Positions 12,009-26,400 of a DNA stretch of 64,000 bases are shown one piece after another. The number at the start of each line of letters is the position of its first letter. The first letter of the stretch is position 1. Under the pieces are notes generated by a model that was given only the letters and a program-made list of their open reading frames with translations, was not told the origin of the DNA and searched no databases. The position numbers and the translations under genes are program-made. Source of the DNA: Squalus acanthias (taxonomy: Eukaryota); assembly GCA_030390025.1 (NCBI GenBank), contig CM059452.1, positions 7,440,001 to 7,504,000 on the forward strand, given 5' to 3'.

Positions 12009-14659
12009 CAGAGGACCTCAGAGAGAGGATACATTCTGAAATAAATAAGTATGCGTGTTTGCATGGATGGATAGATGGATGTAGCGATGCATGAATAGAG
12101 AGATAGTTAGATGTCTGAATTTTTATTAATGGATCGATGAAAGGATTAATGCAAGGATGAATCGATGGATGGATGGTCCTGAAAGTTGCTGTTAGAACAT
12201 AAGAACATAAGAAATAGGAGCAGGAGTAGGCCATTCGGCCCTTCAAGTCTGCTCCTCCATTCAATAAGATCATGGCAGATCTGATCTTGGCCTCAACGTC
12301 ACTTTCCCGCTAGCTCCCCATAACCCTTGACTCGCCTGTAGCTCAGATATATGTCTACATTCTCATCTTTGTGAGTCTCTACTTCTTAACACGAGGCAGC
12401 CCCTTTACATTTGTGTCAGTCTGGCGCCTCCAGTCCTTCCTGATTTTCTGTATCATTTCACTCCATACAGTGTCCATTTATAACGAGCTGAAAATCACGA
12501 AGAGAAGCCTGAAGGTATCCATGCGGTACCAAGGATCCTTCTATGGTGATGGGGAATCTCCATCTCAGAGATATAAAGCGAGCACGTGTCTGGGTTGAGA
12601 AGGGACAAGTGTAATATTTGGAACATGTGGTCCTTTCATGTATAACAAAGCACTCAATATATCCTCACCCGAATTACTTCAATCAATGCGGAAACACAGC
12701 AGATCAACGGGTACATAATTTTTCCACTTCCCTACCTAAATCCTTGCTCCTCTGTGAGACTGGTGCAGTCACACCATTCTGAACACACGGATAAAAGGAG
12801 CATGAACTGTGACTTTCTTTACCGCCATATAGTCATTGTAAGTCATTGCCACAGTCAAATATGTCTTGTGGGTTTTGAACATTGTGGTCGTAAATTGAAA
12901 TGCTCTCAACTCCTTTAACCGCACTCCCCAGAGCCTTTCCATTCAGCCCCTTCATTCACTGAATGAATTGTTCACCAGTTGGGCGGGTAAGGTCAATACA
13001 TCACTGAGATGTGCTCAGGTTGATGGGGTCACTGTGATGGGGATATATGGTTAGAGTGGACATGGTACATCATGCAGACAGAGCTGAATCGGTGAAGTTG
13101 CCGAATATGGTGATTTAAATGAAAATTTTGGACAAGATTATTGGCTCAATGTTCTATGACATGAGGTTAAAGCAGATTCTTATTTCTCAAAAGGTTGTAC
13201 TTTTTTGTGCGACATGATTAGGTTCGTGGAGAGCTGGTGTAGAGATATAAAGAATGGAATAAGGTGCCATTATGGCCATATTTAGAAATTACTTATCCAC
13301 GTAATTTTCTGGTCCAAATGTATAGCTTCAAACCCTATCTTAATGTCCCAAAGTGCTTTAAAATGAATTGTAAGTATTGAAGTGTTATTGGTGATGCGAT
13401 TTTCCGCGAATGGCTCCGAGGGACTGATTCCTGATTCACCCCTCCCCCTTGTATAAGAGGCGCTCTCTCATAATCGACGGATTATTAATGTGGTTTGTGC
13501 ACAGTTCCCATTCCCGCTCAATACCCCACACTCGGGAGTAACAAACTGTCTCTGCGCCAAATAACAGAAATATTGACAGATGGACGAAGAGAGATTTCCG
13601 GACGCATTGTTATTTCCCAGGCCGTCATATTACTAAACAAATGATAATTCTCAATACTGTCGGCCTTCATCGTGTTTTCCAAACCACAGATGTTTCTCAA
13701 TCCATTGATGGGTTCAATCTATTGATAGTTCCCCAACCATCAACTTTCTCAAACAATTGATAGCTTGCAATCAATGGATGTTTCTCGACCAATCAATGAT
13801 TCCCAAACCTTTCAGGACTCCCTATAGATTGACGTTTAACAATCTATGAATGATCACCAATCCTTTAACGATTCACAATCCATTGATGTTTCGTTTATAA
13901 AATAAGAGAGTTCGCCCACATATCCTTTAGGTTTTTCCCTTTACCCGTGGCCATTCTGGTTTCTCTACTAAGCGGTTGGACTTTTAGTAAAATTCCCAGA
14001 ATGGCCTTGTGATTTCGGTGTCGAATTCAGGGTCACACCTGCAATCAGTGTCTGTACTACCGGCCGTACTGTACAACTGCAGTGAATATCTGAGCGGCCC
14101 GGACTCAGTCTGAGTTGCCTCTCTATCTGCAATGGAAGTTGAGCCGTTGAATGCCTGGGGTTCCATTTACCTATTTCTTGTTGATCTATATTTTAATCAG
14201 TAATGGCCATTCATCATTAGTAATTGGTGTAAATAAGGGAGTGTTGGATTGATTCGGTAAATCATAGAATCCCAGAATGATACAAATGAAAAGGAGGCCA
14301 TTCAGTCCCTCATGACTGCACCAGCGCTTTGAAAGATCTATTCAATTAGTCCCACTCCCCGCTGCTGTTTCCCCAGAGCCCTGCAATTTTTTCCTTTTGA
14401 AGTAATTATCCAATTCCCTTTTGAATGTTACTATTGAATCTGCTTCCACCATCCTATCAGGCAGTGCATTCCAAATCACAACAACTCACTACTTAATTCC
14501 CCACCCTCATATCGCCACTGGAACACGTCTCTGCTCTTCTATTTTATGAGCCAATGAAAGATAATTTATTGTGGTGACGTACGCAGTTTTTTATTTTGTA
14601 ATGTTACTGTAATGTGATAGAGCTCGGGGACAGAGAGTTTTTTTCCTGACCATGGGATC

Positions 14660-15870
14660 GACAGGTGCTTATGATAAGTACGAGGCAAAAGAAGATGGCA
14701 ATGGGACAAATTAAGAAACAAAAGATGGCTGTAGATGAAGTGTAAATAGTACTGGCAGAAAGAAAGACAGCTGTCATATGAGAGACAGAAAAAAAAATGG
14801 AAAATAAGTAGGGGCATAGGTTATGGTCTGAAATTGTTGAACTCTATGTTGAGTCCAGAAGGCTGTAAAGTGCCTAATCGAAAGATGAGGTGCTGTTCCG
14901 CGAGCTTACGCTGAGCTTCCGTGGAACAATGTAAGAGGCCGATGACGGTGAGGTCTGAGTGGGAGTGGAGCGTAGAATTAAAGTGACAGGCGACCGGAAG
15001 CTCGGGGTCACCCTTACGGACTGAACGGAGGTGCTCCGCAATTCAGTCACCCAATCTGCGTTTGGTCTCCCCAATGTAGAGGAGACCACATCGTGAGCAG
15101 CGAATACAGTATACTAAATTGCAGGAAGTACAGGTAAATCGCTGTTTCACCTGGAAGGGGTGTTTGCGGCCCTGGAAAGTGGGAAGGGGGGAGGTTTAAG
15201 GGCATGTGTTGCATCTCCTGCGCTTGCACGGGAAGGTGCCGGGCGAATAGGAAGGGGTTTTGGGGGTGATAGAGGAGTGGACTAGGGTGTCGTGGAGGGA
15301 GTGGTCCCTTTGGAATGCTGAAAGGGGAGGTGAGGGGAAGATGTGTTTGGTGGTGGGATCAGGCTGGAGGTGGCGGGAATGGCGGAGGATGATCCGTTGA
15401 ATGTGAAGGCTGGTGGGGTGAAAGGTGAGGACCAGGGGAACCCTATCGTGGTTCCGGGAGGGAGGGTGAGAGCAGAAGTGCGGGAAATAGAACGGACACG
15501 GTCAAGGGCCGTGTCAACCACAGTAGAGTGGAATCCTCGGTTGAGGAAAAAGGAAGACATGTCGGAAGCACTGGTATGGAAGGTGGCATCGTCAGAGCAG
15601 ATGAGGCGGAGACGGAGAAACTGGGAGAATGGAATAGAGTCCTTACAGGAAGCGGGGTGGGAGGAATTGTAGTCCAGGTAGCTGTGGGAGTCAGTGGGCT
15701 TGTAGCGAATGTTCGTCAATAGCCTATCCTCAGAGATGGAGACAGAGAAGTCGAGGAAGGGAAGGGAAGATTCGGAGATGGATCATGTGAAGATGAGGGA
15801 AGGGTGGAAATTGGAAGCAAAGTGAATGACATTTTCTAATTCAGGGCGAGAGCAGGAAACAGCACCGACA
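14660..15870 (-). mobile_element. Penelope-like retroelement 3' fragment (RT thumb/GIY-YIG)
   Basis: YKPTDSHSYLDYNSSHPASCKDSIPFSQFLRLRLICS, and a C-terminal EQHLIFRLGTLQPSGLNIEFNNF on minus; frameshifted. Confidence 0.8.
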
Positions 15871-16253
15871 CAGTCATTCAATGATCTTGAATATCTCTAT
15901 CAAACCTCCCCTTCATCTTCTCTGCTATCAGGAAAACAACCCCAGTTTCTCCAATCTCTCCACCTAACTGAAGTATTTCATCCCTGGTACCATGCTAGTA
16001 AATTTCTTCTGCACCCTCTACAAGACCTTGATATCCTTCCTAAAACCTGGTATCCAGAATCACACACGACTCCAGCTGGGGCCTAACCAAGTGTTTTACA
16101 AAGGTTTAGCAAAGCTTCATTGCTTGTGTACTCTATGCCTTTATTTCTAAAGCCAAGAATCCGGTATTCCCTTTAAACAGCCTATGAACTTACTCCCCCA
16201 GGTACCTCTGACCTGCACCCCATTAAAATTGTGACAATTAGTTTTGATTGTCA

Positions 16254-16450
16254 GGGTCTAGTGTAATAAACCAGATACATGTACTGGTGCAAAACAAACG
16301 GAGACATGGACTTGTGTAATATAAGCAAAGGCATCTTCTAGTGTAATATAAGCAGAGACATGGTCTAGTGCAGTAATTATTAAGACAGGGCCTAGTGCAA
16401 TATAAGTACAGACATGGTCGAGTGCAGTAGTAACTGAGGCAGAGTTTAGG
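16254..16450 (-). repeat. Short degenerate inverted copy of the 27-bp satellite
   Basis: Units such as CTAGTGTAATATAAGCAGAGACATGGT are the reverse complement of the main array unit. Confidence 0.75.
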
Positions 16451-18679
16451 GCCTCAACAGATGAAGTGGTGTGACACAGGGCCTGGGGTTGTACAAAAGG
16501 CCAGTATTGTAAGATGGCAGAAATCCCGCAGTGTTGTCGGGATGGAGGAATTTACAGAGATATGGAGCAGCGAGGCCATGGTGGAATTTTAGAACAAATC
16601 TGGAGAATTTTAAAATCCAGGCGTTGATGGGTGAACGGGACTTGCTGCCATTTAGAATGCGGGCAGCAGAGTTTTGGATGAGCTGGAATTGATGGAGTTT
16701 AGTATTATAACCGCTGGGTTGGTTGGTAACTGTTATAGTGCTGTGTGCAGTGATTGACGTCTCATTATAGGAAGGGCTTTAAAGTTCTAGAGACTGAAAC
16801 AGCTCAGATTCACTGGGACAGCCCTGGAAAGGGTAACGACGGTAATAATGCGAGACTTCAGATTTTCAGTTAAGCAAACACGGCTAAGGGATCAAATCGA
16901 GTTTTACTTAATTGTTAAAAGAAGATGTAAAGACTGATTCCTCTGCTCGAGGAGTCTGTAACCAAACCTTCATCAAATTACAATTGTCAATAAGAGAGAG
17001 AGGGGTCAGGATATCTCTGTATAGGGGGTTGTTGGAGGATTGGAATATTTTGCCACATAGAATGGCCGAGGTAGTGAACATAAAAGGATGCAGTAGTGTA
17101 GTGGTAATGTTACTGGATTAGCAATCCCGAGGCCTGGGCTATTAATACATCAATTAAAATCCCACCATGGCATTTCAATTCAGATTTTTAAAAGCTGGAA
17201 ATGAATAATCTGGTGTCTGTGAGACTGATCATGAAACTATGGGATTGTGGTAAAACCCCAACTGGTTCACTAATGTCCCTTTGGGGAAAGAACCCTGCCG
17301 TCCACATCTGGTCTGGCCGATATACGACTGTAGTCCCACACCAACGTGGTTGACTCTTAACTGTCATTTGAAGTGGTCTCGGAAGCCCCTCAGTTGTATG
17401 AAACTGCTGGAAAGAGCAGAAATGTAGTGGTTGAAGAAGAAGGCCCCCCACCACCTCCTCAAGGGGCAACTAGGGGATGGGCAGCCAACTCCGGCTTTGT
17501 CAGCGGTGCCCACATCTCGGGAATTAATAAGAATTGGAAAGTGTTAACAGGCAGTGGCATTCAGTTCTGATTGCTGCCAGACATTGATGGGCAGATGTTT
17601 GTGAGGAAAGGGTATTAAGGGCTAAGGAACCAAGGCGGGTGGATGGAGTTATGATACAGATCAGCCATGATCTAACTGAATGGCGGAACAGTCTCGGGGG
17701 CTGAAGGGCCTCCTGTGTTCCTATGTTCCTACTGCTTTATTAATATTGGATACAGAAATAAACAAGATCGAGATTGTCTTTTTTGCATGGACTGGTTGGC
17801 CCGAATGGCCTGTTTCTGTGCTGTATATTCTATGTAAATATGACGCGGCAAAAGATACATTTTATGGTTAGAAAACATGATTTACACAGAGCGAGGTGAG
17901 AATGTGGAATTCTCTGCCAGAAAGTATATTTGACTCCGACTCTTGTGGAGGAGTGAAGGGATTTGGGATTCCAGGTACTTTCTAGATCATATCAATTTGT
18001 GGTCAATAATAACAATAGGCTCTGGTTACACAATGATCGACACATCTCTCTGTCTATCTGTCTGTTTATGACACATTGAGGAAACATTGTGGATGGAAGA
18101 ATTCTTATCCTTCTCCTTCGGACTACACCGTGAGATTGGACCATGTCACAGTCTCCCGCGACCTAACACCTGCAGTTTATGTGTCGGCTCTTGCCCTAAA
18201 TACACCAGCGTGTGCGGTGTTAAAACACTGAAGTATTTCCTGGAATCCCCGGCTGTCACCTGTGGAACCCTTAAACTGACCGCTCGATAAGTTTTGGCCA
18301 AAGAAGAGGTGAAGTTGAATTTATAACAGTAATTTTAGTCATTCCGCCCTTAATTCCTCCTGATCCATTGCCCCTCTTCTGGTTCGCCTGAGAAACTCCT
18401 CTGGGTGAACGTAACTCGGTAAATGCGGAATTATGAATCATGTTTAATAAACTCAGGGGCCTGTAGTAGATGTTGTTCATCAGCAGGTGGCGACAGTGAT
18501 CTTATTGAAACATGAATCGTGCAGACGCCGATGTTGCTGTGCCCACAAGTCACTGTCAGAACAAGGAATATCATTGCTATCAATATTGATAATACTCAGA
18601 TTACTGCTCAGTCCAATTTTAAGAGAGCATGTATTCCTTAGAAATAATCTGAAGGAGAAATAAAGATTGAATTTATTTC

Positions 18680-19200
18680 AATCCACACATTAGGAAGGAT
18701 GTCAAGGTCTTGGATAGGGTGCAGAGGAGATTTACTAGAATTGTACCAGGGATGAGGGACTTCAGTTATGTGGAGAGACTGGAGAAGCTGGGATTGTTCT
18801 CCTTAGAGTAGAGAAGGTTAAATGGAATTTAATAGAATTGTTCAAAAACCATGAAGGGTTTTGATAGAGTTGACAGTGAGACATGTTTCCACTGGCAGGA
18901 GTGTCGGTAACCAGAGGATACAGATTTAAGATAATTGCCAAAAAAACAGCGGGGATATGAGGAGATTTTTTTGCAGCGAGTTGTTATGATCTGGAATGCA
19001 CTGCCTGAAAGGGTGGCGGAAGCAGATTCAACAGTATCTGTCAAAAGGGAATTGGATAAATACTTGAAAGGAAACATTTACAGGGCTTTGGAGACAGAAC
19101 AGGAGAGTGGAAGTAATTGCATAGCTCATTCAAAGAGCTGGAACAGGCACAGGCACGATGGGCCGAGTGGCCTCCTTCTGTGCCGTAATATCCCATGATT
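18680..19200 (+). mobile_element. CR1 LINE 3' fragment
   Basis: FLQRVVMIWNALPERVAEADS...KRELDKYL with the typical 3' tail. Confidence 0.8.
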
Positions 19201-22200
19201 CAGTGAATTTAAATTGCACGAATCAAAAGATTTGTAATTGTATTGTTGAAGTTACTATTTGTGATATTATTATATGGACGCTGAATATCAACAATGTTAA
19301 CCGGTATTATATTAAAATAGTTTTGCTGAACTTTCTTTGCGCAAATGTCACCTAAACCCATTAAGCATTTTAGTAGCAGCTTGGCTAAAGTGACTTTATT
19401 CTGGTTTCAGAATCAATCGATTGCAGACTTCACATCAACTTCAGAACCTAAGCACATTATCTAGGCGTCGAATCGGTGCAGCACTGAAAAGGAACTACCT
19501 TTCCTGAACGAATAATCTCTCCGCGCCCGCCGCATCTTGTCTGTTGAGGTGGACATTAAAGCTCCCAGGGTCCCAGACTGTGTCCGGGTCAACATTCCTC
19601 CCTTCAAGCAAGTTCAACAGAAATACAGTAACAGGAATCGAGCCACTTTGCTCTTTTGCTGATCTTTCTGTGCGCGAATCGGCCACATTCACCTGCAATT
19701 AGTTGCACTTCAAATCCTTTGGGAACTCCCGTAGAATGTGATGAGGTGGTACTTCAATGCAAGGTGCTTCTTGCTACATTAATATCAGAAACAGAAACTG
19801 ACATCTTAATTTTCCTAATAGGAGCAATGGCAAAGGTTTGCCACCAGGTGGCAGCGAAAACACGATTGTTTGCCTTCCACAAACAGGCCCTGCCTCAGTT
19901 ATTACAGCAGTAGACGCTGTCCCTATTTATATTACACTAGACTCTGTCTCAGTTATTACTGCACGAGAATCTGTCTGTGTTTATATTACACTAGACCCTG
20001 TCTCAGTTATTACTGCACAAGAATCTGTCTGTGTTTATATTACACTAGACCCTGTCTCAGTTATTAATGCACGAGAACCTGTCTGTGTTTATATTACTAG
20101 ACCCTGTCTCAGTTATTACTGCACGAGACCCTGTCTCTGTTTACATTACACTAGACCATATCACTGCTAATATTACAATAGTTCCTGTCTCAGTTATTAC
20201 TGCACTAGCACCTGTTTCTGTTTATATTACACGAGGCCCTGTCTCAGTTATTACTGCACTAGACCTTGTCACTGTTTATATTACACGAGACCCTGTCTCA
20301 TTTATTACTGCACTAGACCATGTCTCTGTTTATAACACACTGGAGCCTGTCTCAGTTATTACTGCATTCGACCCAGTCACTGTTCGTATTACACTAGACT
20401 CTGTCTCTGTTTATATTACACTAGATCCTGTCTCTGTTTATATTCACTAGACCCTGTCACTGTTTATATTACACTAGACTCTGTCTCTGTTTATATTACA
20501 CTAGATCCTGTCTCTGTTTATATTCACTAGACCCTGTCTCTGTTTATATTACACTAGACCCTGTCTCTGTTTATATTACATTAGACACTGTTTCAGTTAT
20601 TACTGCACTAGACCTTGTCACTGTTTATATTGCACTAGACCCTTTCTCAGTTTATATTACACTAGATCCTGTCCCTGTTTATATTACACTGGACCGTTTC
20701 TCTGTTTATATTACACTAGTCCCTATCTCTGTTTATATTACACTAGACCCTGTCTCTGTTTATATTATAATAGACCCTGTCTCTGTTTATATTACACGAG
20801 ACCCTGTCTCTGTTTATATTACACTAGATCCTGTCTCTATTTATATTACACTAGACCCTGTCTGTATTTATATTACACTAGAGCCTGTCTCTGTTTATAT
20901 TACACTAGACCGTTTCTCTGTTTATATTACACTAGTTCCTGTCTCAGTTTATTTTACGCTAAATCCTCTCTCTGTTTATATTATACTGGACCCTGTCTCT
21001 GTTTATATTACACGAGACCCTGTCTCTGTTTATATTACACTAGATCCTGTCTCTGTTGAAGTTACACTGGACCCTGTCTCTGTTTATATTGCACTAGACT
21101 CTGTGTCTGTTTATATTACAGTAGGCCCTGTCTCAGTTATTACTGCAGTATACCATGTTTCTGTTTATATTACTCTAGACCCTGTCTCTGTTTATATTAC
21201 ACTAGATCCTGTCTCTATTTATATTACACTAGACCCTGTCTGTATTTATATTACACTAGAGCCTGTCTCTGTTTATATTACACTAGACCGTTTCTCTGTT
21301 TATATTACACTAGTTCCTGTCTCAGTTTATTTTACGCTAAATCCTCTCTCTGTTTATATTATACTGGACCCTGTCTCTGTTTATATTACACGAGACCCTG
21401 TCTCTGTTTATATTACACTAGATCCTGTCTCTGTTGAAGTTACACTGGACCCTGTCTCTGTTTATATTGCACTAGACTCTGTGTCTGTTTATATTACACT
21501 AGGCCCTGTCTCAGTTATTACTGCAGTAGACCATGTTTCTGTTTATATTACACTAGACCCTGTCTCTGTTTATATTACACTAGACCCTGTCTCTGTTTAT
21601 ATTACACTAGACCCTGTCTCTGTTTATATTACACTAGACCCTGTCTCTGTTTATATTACACTAGACCCTGTCTCAGTTATTACTGCACTAGACCTTGTCA
21701 CTGTTTATATTACACGAGGCCCTGTCTCAGTTATTACTGCACTAGAACATGTCTGTGTTTATATTAAACTAGACCCTGTCTCAGGTATTACTGCACTAGA
21801 ACCTGTCCCTATTTATATTACATTAGACCCTGTCTCAGTTATTACTGCACGAGACCCTGTCTCTGTTTACGTTACACTAGACCATATCACTGCTAATATT
21901 ACAATAGTTCCTGTCTCAGTTATTACAGCACTAGAACCTGTTTCTGTTTATATTACACGAGGCGCTGTCTCAGTTATTACTGCACTAGACCCTGTCTCTG
22001 TTTATAACACACTAGAGCCTCTCTCAGTTATTCCTGCATTCGACCCAGTCACTGTTCATATTACACTAGACTCTGTCTCTGTTTATATTACACTAGATCC
22101 TGTCTCTGTTTATATTACACTAGACCCGGTCTCTTTTTATATTACACTAGACCCTGTCTCTGTTTACATTACACTAGACCCTGTCTCTGTTTATATTACA

Positions 22201-22819
22201 CTAGACCCTGCCTCTGTTTATATTACATTAGACACTGTCTCAGTTATTACTGCACTAGACCTTGTCACTGTTTATATTACACGAGGCCCTGTCTCAGTTT
22301 TTACTGCACTAGAACCTGTCTGTGTTTATATTAAACTAGACACTGTCTCAGTTATTACTGCACTAGAACCTGTCCCTATTTATATTACACTAGACCCTGT
22401 CTCAGTTATTACTGCACGAGACCCTGTCTCTGTTTACATTACACTAGACCATATCACTGCTAATATTACAATAGTTCCTGTCTCAGTTATTACTGCACTA
22501 GAACCTGTTTCTGTTTATATTACACGAGGCCCTGTCTCAGTTATTACTGCACTAGACCATGTCTCTGTTTATATTACACGAGGCCCTGTCTCAGTTATTA
22601 CTGCACTAGACCCTGTCTCTGTTTATAACACACTAGAGCCTGTCTCAGTTATTACTGCATTCGACCCAGTCACTGTTCATATTACACTAGACTCTGTCTC
22701 TGTTTATATTACACTAGATCCTGTCTCTGTTTATATTACACTAGAACCTATCTCTGTTTATATTACACTAATGAGAAGTCGCACAACACCAGGTTATAGT
22801 CCAACAGATTATTTAAAAT

Positions 22820-22855
22820 TACAAGCTTTCGGAGCTGTCGCTCCTTCCTCAGGTA
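22820..22855 (-). ncRNA. Minimal hammerhead ribozyme motif (PLE type)
   Basis: Minus: TAC-CTGAGGA-A-GGAGC-GACA-GCTCC-GAAA-GCTT-GTA. Confidence 0.65.
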
Positions 22856-23406
22856 GAGTAGCTGTGAGAGAATCTCCCAGAATTCACAATATAAACACAG
22901 AAAAAATGTATTCAAATCTTTCCCTACATCAAAGACACACTAAGAGCACAGCCAAGACAATGAGATGTGTCCCAGGGGGTCCAACGTGTCAAAACACCTG
23001 CTGGCTGCATATCCTCTGCAGTTGACTTTTGTTCTTGTGTTAGGTTTTTTTTAAAACAAAAGGCTGGAAAGACCGGCCATGATGTCAAGTCACGTTCTGT
23101 ATCGTGACATGAACCCGATATCGCGATTGAGGCCATCCTCATGAGTGCGGAACTTGGCTATCAGTTTCTGCTCTATGATTTTGCGCTGTCGTGTATCCCG
23201 AAGGCCGCCTTGGAGGACGCTTACCCGCAGATCCGAGGCTGAATGCCCCTGACTGCTGAAGTGTTCCCCCTGACACGTTGGAACCCCTGGGACACATCTC
23301 ATTGTCTTGGCTGTGCTCTTAGTGTGTCTTTGATGTAGGGAAAGATTTGAATACATTTTTTCTGTGTTTATATTGTGAATTCTGGGAGATTCTCTCACAG
23401 CTACTC

Positions 23407-23442
23407 TACCTGAGGAAGGAGCGACAGCTCCGAAAGCTTGTA
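23407..23442 (+). ncRNA. Minimal hammerhead ribozyme motif (inverted copy)
   Basis: TAC-CTGAGGA-A-GGAGC-GACA-GCTCC-GAAA-GCTT-GTA: CUGANGA core, stem II, GAAA, and a TAC/GTA stem I. Confidence 0.65.
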
Positions 23443-26400
23443 ATTTTAAATAAATCTGTTGGACTATAACCTGGTGTTGTGCGACTTCTCATTTTTGTCC
23501 ACCCCAGTCCAACGCCGGCATCTCCACATCATGACCTATATTACACTAGACACGGTCTCTGTTTATATTACACTAGACCCTGTCTCTGTTTACATTACAC
23601 TAGACCATGTCTCTGTTTATATTACACTAGACCCTGTCTCTGTTCATATTACATTAGTCACTGTCTCAGTTATTTCTGCACTAGACCTTGTCACTGTTTA
23701 TATTGCACAAGATCATGTCTCTGTTGATATTACACTAGACCTTGACTCAGTTTATATTACACTAGATCATGTCTATGTTTATATTACACTAGATCCTGTC
23801 TCTGTTTATATTACACTAGACCGTTTCTCTGTTTATATTACACTAGTTCCTATCTCTGTTTATCTTACACTAGACCCTGTCTCTGTTTATATTATAATAG
23901 ACCCTGTCTCTGTTTGTATTACACGAGACCCTGTCTCTGTTTATATTACACTATAACCTGTCTCTATTTATATTACACTAGACCCTGTCTGTATTTATAT
24001 TACACTAGACCCTGTCTCTGTTTATATTACACTAGACCGTTTCTGTTTTTATATTACACTAGTTCCTGTCTCAGTTTATATTACACTAGATCCTGTCTCT
24101 GTTTATATTATACTGGACCCTGTCTCTGTTTATATTACACTAGACCCTGTCTCTGTTTATATTACATTAGACACTGTCTCAGTTATTACTGCACTAGACC
24201 TTGTCACTGTTTATATTACACGAGGCCCTGTCTCAGTTATTACTGCACTAGAACATGTCTGTGTTTATATTAAACTAGACCCTGTCTCAGTTATTACTGC
24301 ACTAGAACTTGTCCCTATTTATATTACACTAGACCCTGTCTCAGTTATTACTACACGAGACACTGTCTCTGTTTACATTACACTAGACCATATCACTGCT
24401 AATATTACAATAGTTCCTGTCTCAGTTATTACTGCACTAGAACCTGTTTCTGTTTATATTACACGAGGCCCTGTCTCAGTTATTACTGCACTAGACCATG
24501 TCTCTGTTTATAACACACTAGAGCCTGTCTCAGTTATTACTGCATTCGACCCAGTCACTGTTCATATTACACTAGACTCTGTCTCTGTTTATATTACACT
24601 AGATCCTGTCTCTGTTTATATTAAACTGGACCCTGTCTCTGTTTATATTACACTAGACCCGGTCTCTGTTTATATTACACTAGACCCTGTCTCTGTTTAC
24701 ATTACACTAGACGCTGTCTCTGTTTATATTACACTAGACCCTGTCTCTGTTTATATTACAATAGACACTTTCTCAGTTATTACTGCACTAGACCTTGTCA
24801 CTGTTTATATTACACGAGGCCCTGTCTCAGTTATTACTGCACTAGAACCTGTCTGTGTTTACATTAAACTAGACCCTGTCTCAGTTATTACTGCACTAGA
24901 ACTTGTCCCTATTTATATTACACTAGACTCTGTCTCAGTTATTACTGCACGAGACACTGTCTCTGTTTACATTACACTAGACCATATCACTGCTAATATT
25001 ACAATAGTTCCTGTCTCAGTTATTACTGCACTAGCACCTGTTTCTGTTTATATTACACGAGGCCCTGTCTCAGTTATTACTGCACTAGACCTTGTCACTG
25101 TTTATATTACACGAGACCCTGTCTGATTTATTACTGCACTAGACCCTGTCTCTGTTTATAACACACTGGAGCCTTTCTCAGTTATTACTGCATTCGACCC
25201 AGTCACTGTTCATATTACACGAGACTCTGTCTCTGTTTATATTACACTAGATCCAGTCTCTGTTTATATTCACTAGACCCTGTCTCTGTTTATATTACAC
25301 TAGACCCTGTCTCTGTTTATATTACACTAGACCCTGTCTCTTTTTATATTACACTAGACCATTTCTCTGTTTATATTACACTAGTTCCTATCTCTGTTTA
25401 TCTTGCACTAGACCCTGTCTCTTTTTATATTATAATAGACCCTGTCTCTGTTTGTATTACACGAGACCCTGTCTCTGTTTATATTACACTAGACCATTTC
25501 TCTGTCTATATTACACTAGTTCCTATCTCTGTTTATCTTGCACTAGACCCTGTCTCTGTTTATATTATAATAGACCCTGTCTCTGTTTGTATTACAGGAG
25601 ACCCTGTCTCTGTTTATATTACACTAGATCCTGTCTCTATTTATATTACACTAGACCCTGTCTGTATTTATATTACACTAGACCCTGTCTCTGTTTATAT
25701 TACACTAGACCGTTTCTCTGTTTATATTACACTAGTTCCTGTCTCAGTTTATATTACACTAGATCCTGTCTCTGTTTATATTATACTGGACCCTGTCTCT
25801 GTTTATATTACACTAGACCCTGTCTCTGTTTATATTACAGTAGACCCTGTCTCTGTTTATATTACATTAGACACTGTTTCACTTATTACTGCACTAGACC
25901 TTGTCACTCTTTATATTGCACTAGACCCTGTCTCTGTTTATATTACACTAGAACTTGACTCAATATATATTACACTAGATACTGTCTATGTTTATCTTAC
26001 ACTAGATCCTGTCCCTGTTTATATTACACTGGACCGTTTCTCTGTTTATATTACACTAGTCCCTATCTCTGTTTATATTACACTAGACCCTGTCTCTGTT
26101 TATATTATAATAGACCCTGTCTCTGTTTATATTACACGAGACCCTGTCTCTGTTTATATTACACTAGATCCTATCTCTATTTATATTACACTAGACCTGT
26201 CTGTATTTATATTCCACTAGAGCCTGTCTCTGTTTATATTACACTAGACCGTTTCTCTGTTTACATTACACTAGTTCATGTCTCAGTTTATTTTACGCTA
26301 AATCCTCTCTCTGTTTATATTATACTGGACCCTGTCTCTGTTTATATTACACGAGACCCAGTCTCTGTTTATATTACACTAGATCCTGTCTCTGTTGAAG

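Larger units (their letters stand above)
22771..23535 (-). mobile_element. Truncated Penelope-like element with inverted pseudo-LTR, inserted in the satellite
   Basis: ~221-bp near-perfect inverted arms (22771-22991 and 23271-23492) flank a GIY-YIG C-terminal fragment (RKIIEQKLIAKFRTHEDGLNRDIGFMSRY). Confidence 0.82.

Noticed and set aside
12370-14200. Possible decayed LTR or endogenous retrovirus sequence
   Set aside because: No recognisable gag, pol or env motif; needs a translated homology search.
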